DNA from: a virus
Lineage: Duplodnaviria > Heunggongvirae > Uroviricota > Caudoviricetes
Strand: one strand, 5' to 3'
DNA length: 64,000 nt
IMG/VR virus record: IMGVR_UViG_3300006120_000015
Coordinates: 1-64,000 of that record
Every line of letters begins with the position of its first letter. The stretch's first letter is position 1. The notes below the pieces were generated by a model that ran no database searches, was not told where the DNA came from, and was given only the letters and a program-made list of their open reading frames with translations. A program made the translations under genes and the position numbers. Shown here piece by piece: positions 56,001-64,000 of this stretch.

Positions 56001-56346
56001 TTATTCTCCAGAAAGAAATGATTGGGCTGCACCTAGTTCAACCGTTATGCCATTAAACACGTTGTTGTTTGCTGGAGATACTGTTTACCTGGATCAAAAC
56101 CACGCTGTGACCGTATCAACCATAGATTACACAAATGGAATAATCTATCTAAATACAACAGCAAACGTAAATATTTCAAACTCACCTATTACCATCGTAA
56201 GAAACTTTGTGGCTGGTGGTTCCGTTTCTAATGCAAACCAAGTTAAGATTTACGGACCTTCTGGACTACAATACTTCCCACAACTAACTGATGAGGCTGG
56301 TGACAACTTTATAACCGAAGACGGACAATTCATTCTACTAGGATAA
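53023..56346 (+). CDS. large baseplate wedge protein (gp7-like by position)
   Basis: 1107 aa after gp6-like; shares GGxGY/GDGxGA module. Confidence 0.4.
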   Translation: MIPNNKTSILIPSQLPEFISEDVNYGNFVAFLKAYYEWMENSGTITNINIVNGGLGYSNVSVNIVGDGSGATAQASLSSKGIINEIIITSYGSGYTYANVVINGTSIIPATATAVIKNGPINDSKQLLNYMDVDQTTNQFLDYFINDFLPYFPSDALSSKQKALKIAKQLYKSKGTPASYEFLFRVLYNSSFDYYNTGDLALKASAGNWYVPKSLAILSTDVRFLQTKNYQVFGETSKSFATIENAVLGTDKIELFISNIERLFQSGEYVRIVDSNGTDVIIDGSNLRSRIIGQISSINVNSKYKGLNYKSGNPVIIYGGLSNQVANPVGASAVVGDTTAGGLSHISLLSGGQGYNLTRTSEPSTQLIFIPNGPTAGVIQPTAQVVAVDTGNGFTVNNIPTDTIGYKLQKTLNANNFYFANGTVITIDSANSFAVGETVYQGNISNPTFFGTVNYYTANTNIIKVSSVGPFVNSSINVGGLLTGETSGASANALSIYTANLNSRMEDVFNTTSFTGYPISSVFLSSSGSNITVLPTLQAQSQYATDNPATYGVISNLGILGPVIIANGGTGYRVNDTVVFSGGSGYGANATVTQVGSNGAITSITYNSVNGLPTGGVGYNNSLPALTVVSANNLASNASLYVNGTMGTGATFNEISSQIGQILNINLLNYGADYVTAPSVSLKVQDIAVTGITSSTIPKPFDTVYQGASQNASSYVATVYQVTQLGPTNSNPLNTIYRVRVFNYSNDPNPSLPLVSSTTGYNYTPIGYAYDSTWNNQGFIDYGDGTAQATAQFLNGLVFGAGQYLSSSGQLSSYDVLQSQDYNSYTYKITTEKEISKYRSILLNLLHPSGTQLLGRYSTTKLSLDNFVQQNALKKAYNLYHYTGAAASNVSMTTSLSQTWSNTVVFNNLPTGTNIAGFIFANSSTIAIQTSNGPNVVSLVTSVDYANNKVSIQDKTFLTYANTFYVNYTANSNTVTVLSPTGLYNYDDQYGYNYSPERNDWAAPSSTVMPLNTLLFAGDTVYLDQNHAVTVSTIDYTNGIIYLNTTANVNISNSPITIVRNFVAGGSVSNANQVKIYGPSGLQYFPQLTDEAGDNFITEDGQFILLG

Positions 56347-56350
56347 AAAA

Positions 56351-58900
56351 ATGAGTTCAATTAAGATTTCACAACTGCCACAATTACCATCGATTGCGGC
56401 AAACACATCAAACACTTTATTCCTGGGTGTAGATATTCCATCTGGGGTGACAGGTAAGTTTACTGCAACTACATTGGCTCAACAACTGTACTCAAACAAT
56501 TCATTGACCGTTGGTAACAATCAGATTTTGTTCTCCAATACTGTATCTCAGTTCTCAGGATATGATCCAACATTCTTGCAAATTAACATGCAGAACTTCA
56601 ATTCAAATGGTTCTGGTGATTTTATTGTGACGGGTGACAAAGGTACAAACTCAAATAACTACATTGACATGGGTTTGAATGGCTCTAACTTCCAAACAAA
56701 CTATACAGTAGGATCAGCATTTTTACCTAACGATGGTTATCTTTACGTCAATGGACCAGGACAAAACTACGTTGGTAACTTGATTCTTGGTACAACAACA
56801 TCAGGTACAAGAATCAATTTTGTTGTTGGTGGTGCAAACACAACCAATATTGTTGCATACATGGACGCAACAGGTATTCATTCACCAAGTATTGATGCAG
56901 AGATTGCTGCAAACACCACATACGTTCTTGCAACAGCTAACGCAGAAATTGGTGTAGTTAATTCTAACGTGGCTAACGTTTATGTTTATTCTCAATCTGC
57001 ATATGGATTGGCAAACACATTAAACGGTACAGTTACAAACTTAACGGGTAACGTTAGTGTTCTACAAACAGCAGTTGCTGCAAATGCAAACTCACTTTCT
57101 TCTTTGACAGTATATACACAATCTGCATACGCATCACTTAATACTCTGTCTCTTGCATCTAATACCGCAAACTTAACTGGATTTATACAAGCAGCTTACA
57201 ACACCGCTAACGGTGCATTAGCAAATACCTCAGGTACAATTTTTGGTGGTGACTTACAAATCACTGGTAACATTACACCTACAACAACAAACACATCTTA
57301 TCTTGGTACACCATCTAACAGATTCCGTAGACTATACTTAACCGCTAACGCATTCCACATCTTAGATTATACAACTCAACTTGATACATCACTTACTGTT
57401 TCTGGTGGCACATTACAAGTTAACGGTGCATCTGCGTTTGCTTTGAGTAACGGTCTACAAATTAGTGCAAACGGACAGATTCTTGCTAACAACATCAACA
57501 TTACAGGTAACTTGTCCGTAAATAACGTATTCTCCGTAAGTGTTCCAACACAAACACTATCAATGAACGGCAGCATCAGTATGTCCGGTTCGTTGTATAT
57601 GAACAACAATACTTTCTTGGCAAATACTGCGGCTGTTAAGATTATTGGTTCAACAAACTTTGCATCTGAAACACCATCGAATGATGGTTATATGTTGCAA
57701 ATTACAGGTAAAGATAACGTACCCGCCAGAGTTGTTATCGATTCTGCTTCTGTGACAGGTAATGCTTATAGTTTGCTTGCTGGTAGAGCTTCTAGGGGTT
57801 CTGCAAATACACCATCAGCTTCACAATCAGGTGATGTGTTGATGCGTATTTCTGGTAACGGTTATGGTACCACAAATTATGCACAATATGGTGTTGCAAG
57901 AATTGATTTTGTTGCAGCTGAAAACTTCTCAGACACCAACAAAGGTACAATCATCAATATTGGTCTAACACCTGTAGGTACAAATACAGTTGTTACCATG
58001 GCATCAATCACAAGTAACAACTTTACTGTAAATGCCAACTTAATTCCAACTTCAACCAACACAGTCAACCTAGGTTCTGCAACAAACCGTTGGGGTGATT
58101 TATGGCTTGCTGGTAATTCAATCAACATGTTGGATACTGTAACAGGCAATAACATTTTGATTACGATTGCAAACGGCCAGTTGTTGTTTGGTAACACACA
58201 AGCGTTCATTCAAGGCAACACAACAATCTATGCAAACGGTTCAATCGTTGCACCTAATGTAATTGTTACAGGTTCATTTACTGCAAACAGCGGTACAACA
58301 TACTTTTCAAACACTTATCATACAGCCAACTCAACACTGACTTTCTTAAGTCTACCTTCAAACAACGGTATCTTGGCCATTGGTTCTGCAAACGTACTGT
58401 ACGAAACTGCAAACATTACAGTCAACGATTCTACAGGAACGGTTACCGCAAAAGCAATTACACTTTCTGGTAACAACGTACCATATCAGTATTCTGGTAC
58501 ATGGTCACCATCCGTATTCTTTGCGGGTGGTTCTGGTACATACACAACCCAAGGCGGTTCATTCATTAAAATCGGTAACATGGTCACCGCAACATTTAAC
58601 ATCGTTGCAATTTCTGTGGGTACGGGTGCGGCCGCATTGAGTTTGTCTGGATTGCCTCCAGTAGCCAACGTTGCAAACACAGTATCAGGTTCAGTATTAG
58701 TTTCTGGTGTTGGTGGTTCTGTAAGTTCATCAGTGATTTCTCCACAAGGTTCAATTCAACCTGGTGCCACCTCTGTACCTATCTACACATCATACACAGT
58801 TTCTGGTTTCGGTGGTAGTGTAACGTATCGTCAAGTTACAGGCGCAGACTTAGGTGGTTCTTTCCAAATTTCTGGAACAATAACTTATATCTCAGCGTAA
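56351..58900 (+). CDS. tail fiber/baseplate fibrous protein
   Basis: 849 aa Thr/Asn/Ser/Gly-rich; two copies of LG(T/S)xxNR(F/W) motif. Confidence 0.45.
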   Translation: MSSIKISQLPQLPSIAANTSNTLFLGVDIPSGVTGKFTATTLAQQLYSNNSLTVGNNQILFSNTVSQFSGYDPTFLQINMQNFNSNGSGDFIVTGDKGTNSNNYIDMGLNGSNFQTNYTVGSAFLPNDGYLYVNGPGQNYVGNLILGTTTSGTRINFVVGGANTTNIVAYMDATGIHSPSIDAEIAANTTYVLATANAEIGVVNSNVANVYVYSQSAYGLANTLNGTVTNLTGNVSVLQTAVAANANSLSSLTVYTQSAYASLNTLSLASNTANLTGFIQAAYNTANGALANTSGTIFGGDLQITGNITPTTTNTSYLGTPSNRFRRLYLTANAFHILDYTTQLDTSLTVSGGTLQVNGASAFALSNGLQISANGQILANNINITGNLSVNNVFSVSVPTQTLSMNGSISMSGSLYMNNNTFLANTAAVKIIGSTNFASETPSNDGYMLQITGKDNVPARVVIDSASVTGNAYSLLAGRASRGSANTPSASQSGDVLMRISGNGYGTTNYAQYGVARIDFVAAENFSDTNKGTIINIGLTPVGTNTVVTMASITSNNFTVNANLIPTSTNTVNLGSATNRWGDLWLAGNSINMLDTVTGNNILITIANGQLLFGNTQAFIQGNTTIYANGSIVAPNVIVTGSFTANSGTTYFSNTYHTANSTLTFLSLPSNNGILAIGSANVLYETANITVNDSTGTVTAKAITLSGNNVPYQYSGTWSPSVFFAGGSGTYTTQGGSFIKIGNMVTATFNIVAISVGTGAAALSLSGLPPVANVANTVSGSVLVSGVGGSVSSSVISPQGSIQPGATSVPIYTSYTVSGFGGSVTYRQVTGADLGGSFQISGTITYISA

Positions 58901-58910
58901 TAAATAAATC

Positions 58911-60308
58911 ATGTCAAACCAAACTTTACTTACCACATACGCAAAGTTGAATTCTGTTTTACAGACATACTACTCTTTGACAGCAACAATTCCTGCTTTG
59001 CAAACTCCAACCGTACCTGTTACAACTGTGTATGCGTTTTTGAGTCAGGCTTCTTCTTGGGCAAATACTACTCCTGTACCAACACAGGACATTTATTCAA
59101 TCAAACAAGCTCAAAAGAATATGTTTGTTGCAAAGAAGATAAATTCTTCTGACGTTTCACTTGTTGCTCAACGTATTGATTGGGTTTCTGGTACAACATA
59201 TGCACAGTATTCAGATACAGTAGATATGTTTGCAACTGATGTTGCTGGAAACTTGTTGAATAATTTTTATGTTAAGAACAGTTACGACCAAGTGTTCAAA
59301 TGTCTATCTAATGCAGGTAATTCACCGTCAACAGTAGAACCTTTCTTCCAACCAGGTCAGTACAACACATTCAATATCTTTGAAGGAGCTGACGGATACA
59401 AATGGAAATTTATCTACACTATCGATATTGGTAGTAAGATTAAATTTATGGACTCAAACTGGATTCCAGTACCCATCGGATTTAATGTACCGAATTCATT
59501 ACAAACGTCAGAAGGTTCTGGTGGTATTGAAGTTATTCAAATCACAAACGGTGGTTCCCAATTCTCAAACAGTAACGTAATCTCCGTTATAATTACAGGT
59601 GACGGTTCAGGTGCAGCTGCACAAGTAGTTTCTATAAACCCTTCAGGTAGTATTGTGGACATTCAGGTGACCAATCCTGGTTCAAATTACACGACAGCCA
59701 ATGTATCTTTTTCTTCCGCATCAGGAACTGGTGCGACTGCTTTAGCACCTACCAGTCCAGCTGGTGGCCACGGATTCGATCCTGTTTCTGAATTGGGATG
59801 CCATAACGTTATGATTAGTTGCGAGTTTGACCAGAATGAACAACTGAATAACATCAATTATGTACCAACAAGTATCAACTACTACCAGATGGGACTAATT
59901 GTATCTCCAACTGACGCAAGTAACTATCCGACAAGTTCGAACGGAACAATTTTCAAAACTACAACAGACATATTAGTTTCTCAAGGTGCAGGAGCTTACC
60001 AGTTTGGTGAATATGTTTATCAATCAACTGACGGAACATTTGCAACAGCCTTAACTTCTGGTTGGTATGGCACAGTTTTAAACTTTGATAATGTAAATAA
60101 CATAATTAACGTCATAAATACAACAGGATCATATACAGTCGGTTCACAAATTTACGGCCAAAGTTCCACCACCACAAGAACACTACTAACTGTGACAAAA
60201 CCAAATTTCGATCAGTTCTCGGGTTATGTTATGTACATACAAAACCTAGACGGTGTAACCAGAAGTGCAGACGGAATAGAACAATTCAAAATTGTATTAG
60301 GCCATTAA
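58911..60308 (+). CDS. virion structural protein with GGxGY/GDGxGA module
   Basis: 465 aa. Confidence 0.4.
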   Translation: MSNQTLLTTYAKLNSVLQTYYSLTATIPALQTPTVPVTTVYAFLSQASSWANTTPVPTQDIYSIKQAQKNMFVAKKINSSDVSLVAQRIDWVSGTTYAQYSDTVDMFATDVAGNLLNNFYVKNSYDQVFKCLSNAGNSPSTVEPFFQPGQYNTFNIFEGADGYKWKFIYTIDIGSKIKFMDSNWIPVPIGFNVPNSLQTSEGSGGIEVIQITNGGSQFSNSNVISVIITGDGSGAAAQVVSINPSGSIVDIQVTNPGSNYTTANVSFSSASGTGATALAPTSPAGGHGFDPVSELGCHNVMISCEFDQNEQLNNINYVPTSINYYQMGLIVSPTDASNYPTSSNGTIFKTTTDILVSQGAGAYQFGEYVYQSTDGTFATALTSGWYGTVLNFDNVNNIINVINTTGSYTVGSQIYGQSSTTTRTLLTVTKPNFDQFSGYVMYIQNLDGVTRSADGIEQFKIVLGH

Positions 60309-60317
60309 AGGAATAAA

Positions 60318-63300
60318 ATGTCAGAAAATTTTAACGCAAAACCATACTATGATGACTTTGACCCATCAAAGAATTTTCATCGTGTTCTTTTCAAACCAGG
60401 TTATGCCGTTCAAGCTCGTGAATTAACACAAGCACAAACCATTTTGCAAAATCAAATTTCAAATTTTGCAGATAACATTTTCACACAAAACACTCCTGTT
60501 TCTGGTGGTAAAGTCACAACAAACTTGACATGTTATTACCTTAAACTAATTAGTACTTACGGTACAGGTAAAGTTACAGCTGCAAGTTTTTTAAATGCTG
60601 ACGGCACAGGTCGTTATATCACAGATGCTGCAACAGGTACAATCGTTGCAAAAGTTATTGCAGCCATTGAAGCCACTACAGGTGATCCTCCTACACTGAT
60701 CGTTCAATACCTTTCTGGTATTCATTTCACAGATAACATCACAATCAAAACAAACGACACTGGAACAACAGAGTTTGCTACAACAGTTGGTGTGGCTGGC
60801 GGTACAACATGTACTGGTCTTTCTGCAACTGCTTCCATCTCTAGTGGTGTGTTCTACGTTGTCAACGGTTATTCTAAGACTGCTGTTGGTACAAACTATT
60901 CAATTGGTAACTTTGTTCAAGTTAACCCACAGACAATTGTTATAAGCAAATATTCAAATAATCCTTCACTTAGAATTGGCCTAACAATTGACGAAGAAAT
61001 TATTGATTACACTTCAGATAGTTCTCTTTTGGATCCTGCAATTGGTGCTTCAAACTATCAAGCTCCAGGTGCAGACCGTTATCAAATTAATTTGAACTTA
61101 ACATATCTTCCATTAACAATTGGTAACGATTCTAACTTTATTGAGTTGGTTCGTGTTATTAATGGCCAAGTTGTATCGCAAGTTGACGGTACAGTATATT
61201 CTACCATCGATGATTACTTCGCAAAACGTGATTATGAAACGAACGGCGACTATATTGTTGCACCTTTCACATTCACACCATCGGCCAACAGTATTAATTC
61301 AAACCAATACAATTTAAGTATTAGTCAAGGTACCGCATACGTACACGGTTACAGAATTGAAAATCAATCTCCCTTGACTTTGGTTAGTGATCGTGCAAGA
61401 ACAACACAAACAGTAAACAATAATGATGTTGTTATGAATTACGGTTCTTATTACTATGTGGACGGCATGAAGAACTTCTTCAACGTGTCTAATATGCCAC
61501 AGGTTAATTTACACTGCGTTCAAGCCAACAACATTGTAACAGGTTCAAGTAACGGTTACAACTCATCAGTTATTGGTACAGCTTTCATTCGTGATTTGAT
61601 TTACGTAAGTGATAGTGGCGCACCAAACACCTTCGTGTATAAAGCATATGTTTCTGATATTAACTTAAACGCTTTTTCATCAAACGTTGCATTTGCTGTT
61701 GGTAATATCACAGTTACATTGTATGATCCATTGAACAAATTGTCTCTAATTGCAAACGCATATTACGGAATGACAATGACAATTACATCAGGTACAAGTG
61801 CTGGTGACGTTAGAAATATTATCTACTACAACGCAACATCATTTGAAGTTGATAAACCATTTACACAAACTCCAGATTCAACATCTGTAGTAACAATTAC
61901 ACCTTCAGTATCTTCAGTTGAATCTATTGTACTTCCTGGTGCAAACTATACTGTGGCCGCAAGTGTTAACATTAATCAACAGTACGGTAAATACGGACAG
62001 ATTTTCTTAGGTAATGCTATTCTAGAAAATCCAGGTACACCAGAAATGATTTTCCAAATTGGTAATGCTTATGTTGCGAATACATCTGGTGCAACATATC
62101 AATCAGTAAAAACATTTAGTCCAGGTTCAACTGGTACTTCAGGTACATTTAACATCTTGGCAGGTTCTTCTTTGGCGTTTGTTGGTACAGCCAACCAAGC
62201 GCAAGCAGCATCTATCATCAAACAATACTACACAGTCATCGATGCTGGTACAGGAAACATCTTAGACTATACTGTTTCCGGTGCGTCTGTATCTCTAGAC
62301 TCAACAAAACAAACACTAACATTTACTAATGCTGCATATGCAAACAAAACAGTTTATGTTATTGCAGCTGTAACAGTCACAAACGGTGACATTACACCTA
62401 TTTTGAAATACAAAAACTTGGTGATTGGTTCAAACACAACTGTTACAACTTCACCAACAACAGTAAATGCAAACGCAGCTGTTGACTTGCAGATGGGACA
62501 AACAATTATTCAAAACGTAGCAACAGGCACAGGTAAAATTTCTCTGTATGTTGCTGACGTTAAGAACGTTGTGAAAATTTATGACACTGGTTCTCCTTCT
62601 ATTCAACCAGTTACAGCCGGTCTATCTACATACACAGATGTGACCAGCCAATACATCTTTAACAACGGTCAAAAAGATAACTACTACGATCACGCAAGTA
62701 TCCAAGTTCTTCCAGGTGGTAACCCTGCAGCAGGTAACTTGTTAGTCATCTACAACTACTACTCACACATTAACGGTACTACAAACTTGGGTACTGGTAC
62801 TGCATCTGACGGTTACTTTGCAGTTGGTTCATATTTGAATTCATCTAACCCAGATCAATTACAAAATATTCCTACTTACTTGGCTTCAGATGGTATTACA
62901 TACAAGTTGGCTGACTGTATCGACTTTAGACCATCTAGAGTTAACGCAAACGCAACACTAAGTTTTGAATTTGCGGGTTCTGGTGCATTGATGCCAACAG
63001 ACTTGTCAACATTCATCAGCAATTATTCATACTACTTGGGTCGTAAAGACTTGTTGGTTCTAAGTAAAGACAAATCATTTCAAATTGTTGAAGGTACACC
63101 TTCACTTAATCCAATTTACCCAACACAACCAACAGGTTCATTGTTATTAACTAACTTGACACTCGATCCATATACATCATATGTTCCTGGTGAAGCACCA
63201 ATTGGTAAACGTTCAAACTTGTCTGTAAATCCAGTATCACATAATCGCTGGGCTAAATCTGACATTTCAGACCTACAGACTCGTGTTAACAACTTAGAGT

Positions 63301-64000
63301 ACTATGCTTCTTTGAGTGTTCTAGAACAAAATGCACAGTCATTACAAATTCCTGATGCAAACGGATTGAACCGTTTCAAAAACGGTATCTTGGTTGACGA
63401 CTTCAGTTCATACGGAACAGCAGACACTTTCAATCCAGACTTTACTGCAAACTTGAACATAAGAAAAAAATCTTTGAGTCCAGTTACAGTTGTTGATAAC
63501 TTCCAATTACAAAACCCAATCGTACATGCTTCGTTGGGTACACTATCAAACACAAACACATTTGCCGTTTCTAGTCTTGGTGGTACAGGTACAAACATTT
63601 TTACTCTACCATATACAACCGCAAACGTTGCAGTTCAACCTCTTGCAAGTAACACAGTAAGTTTGAACCCATTTGGTGTTTCTGTATATCAAGGTTCTGC
63701 AAGCTTGTTCCCACCAATGGACAATTGGGTTGATAACGCACAAGCACCTGCATTGTTGATTACCGATCCAAATATGCAAGTGTTCCAACAAGCCGCTGGT
63801 GTTAACTTAACAAACAACGGCGATTTTGCAACTATTCCCGGTACACAATACTCAACCACATCTTCAGTATCTGTATCTAACCACGGCGATCCTAACGTTA
63901 ACAGTCCTTTTGGTTCTGTTGTAGGTTACACAGCAACAACTACAGCTACTTACGGTAGTCAATTACAGAATGTAAATACAACTGTTGGTATGAAGGCTGT
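60318..64000 (+). CDS. large virion structural protein (5' portion; runs off window)
   Basis: ATG 60318 after AAAGGAATAAAATG; frame open to window end. Confidence 0.45.
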   Translation, partial: MSENFNAKPYYDDFDPSKNFHRVLFKPGYAVQARELTQAQTILQNQISNFADNIFTQNTPVSGGKVTTNLTCYYLKLISTYGTGKVTAASFLNADGTGRYITDAATGTIVAKVIAAIEATTGDPPTLIVQYLSGIHFTDNITIKTNDTGTTEFATTVGVAGGTTCTGLSATASISSGVFYVVNGYSKTAVGTNYSIGNFVQVNPQTIVISKYSNNPSLRIGLTIDEEIIDYTSDSSLLDPAIGASNYQAPGADRYQINLNLTYLPLTIGNDSNFIELVRVINGQVVSQVDGTVYSTIDDYFAKRDYETNGDYIVAPFTFTPSANSINSNQYNLSISQGTAYVHGYRIENQSPLTLVSDRARTTQTVNNNDVVMNYGSYYYVDGMKNFFNVSNMPQVNLHCVQANNIVTGSSNGYNSSVIGTAFIRDLIYVSDSGAPNTFVYKAYVSDINLNAFSSNVAFAVGNITVTLYDPLNKLSLIANAYYGMTMTITSGTSAGDVRNIIYYNATSFEVDKPFTQTPDSTSVVTITPSVSSVESIVLPGANYTVAASVNINQQYGKYGQIFLGNAILENPGTPEMIFQIGNAYVANTSGATYQSVKTFSPGSTGTSGTFNILAGSSLAFVGTANQAQAASIIKQYYTVIDAGTGNILDYTVSGASVSLDSTKQTLTFTNAAYANKTVYVIAAVTVTNGDITPILKYKNLVIGSNTTVTTSPTTVNANAAVDLQMGQTIIQNVATGTGKISLYVADVKNVVKIYDTGSPSIQPVTAGLSTYTDVTSQYIFNNGQKDNYYDHASIQVLPGGNPAAGNLLVIYNYYSHINGTTNLGTGTASDGYFAVGSYLNSSNPDQLQNIPTYLASDGITYKLADCIDFRPSRVNANATLSFEFAGSGALMPTDLSTFISNYSYYLGRKDLLVLSKDKSFQIVEGTPSLNPIYPTQPTGSLLLTNLTLDPYTSYVPGEAPIGKRSNLSVNPVSHNRWAKSDISDLQTRVNNLEYYASLSVLEQNAQSLQIPDANGLNRFKNGILVDDFSSYGTADTFNPDFTANLNIRKKSLSPVTVVDNFQLQNPIVHASLGTLSNTNTFAVSSLGGTGTNIFTLPYTTANVAVQPLASNTVSLNPFGVSVYQGSASLFPPMDNWVDNAQAPALLITDPNMQVFQQAAGVNLTNNGDFATIPGTQYSTTSSVSVSNHGDPNVNSPFGSVVGYTATTTATYGSQLQNVNTTVGMKA

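Noticed and set aside
57376-58680. Several minus-strand ORFs inside the large fibre genes (57376-57609, 57877-58209, 58486-58680)
   Set aside because: Antisense to long structural ORFs with strong codon periodicity; shadow ORFs.
63302-63791. Minus-strand ORFs near window end
   Set aside because: Lie inside the open plus-strand structural gene starting at 60318.

Overview
This window reads as one arm of a T4-like (Tevenvirinae-type) myovirus genome. The host is probably an alphaproteobacterium, inferred from a phage-encoded permuted two-piece tmRNA. Homology calls below are motif matches made by eye, not database searches.

- **Early region (1-25.5 kb):** dozens of tightly packed, often stop/start-overlapping small ORFs on the + strand. 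They are driven by recurrent sigma70-type early promoters (TTGACA/TTGCCA-17-TGnTATAAT) and flanked by conserved stem-loop plus promoter cassettes (PeSL-like).
- **Recognisable genes in the early region:** AAA ATPases, an SPFH/prohibitin protein, a CobS-like AAA+ ATPase, a calcineurin-like phosphoesterase, an SDR epimerase, a PurD homolog, PhoH, a Cas4/RecB-like PD-(D/E)XK nuclease, a glycine-rich protein and a fatty-acid-desaturase-like membrane protein.
- **AT-rich accessory island (25.6-32.3 kb):** two tandem PP-loop (SGGxDS) ATPases, a secreted solute-binding-like protein, a GNAT-like protein and five tandem cupin/2OG-Fe(II)-oxygenase-like paralogs (HxD...H). The island wraps a promoter-driven tmRNA gene with acceptor piece upstream, G:U alanine identity pair and an ALAA-stop tag frame. 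This is the best candidate for an undescribed modification or biosynthetic system.
- **Replication and lysis block (32.4-35.9 kb):** an outer-membrane-like secreted protein, a SleB-type cell-wall hydrolase, the gp59 helicase loader, a HAD 5'(3')-deoxyribonucleotidase and the gp32 ssDNA-binding protein.
- **Minus-strand tail block (35.9-41.7 kb):** two tape-measure-like paralogs (one with a SleB-like lytic domain), a chaperone-like Zn-ribbon protein, the gp19 tail tube and a standalone PD-(D/E)XK nuclease.
- **Plus-strand baseplate/fiber module (41.7-64 kb):** a LysM protein, a gp27-like hub, a split gp5-like spike, a tail fiber, three tandem C1q/TNF-like paralogs, gp25, a gp6-like protein and giant wedge/fiber proteins. 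It runs off the window.
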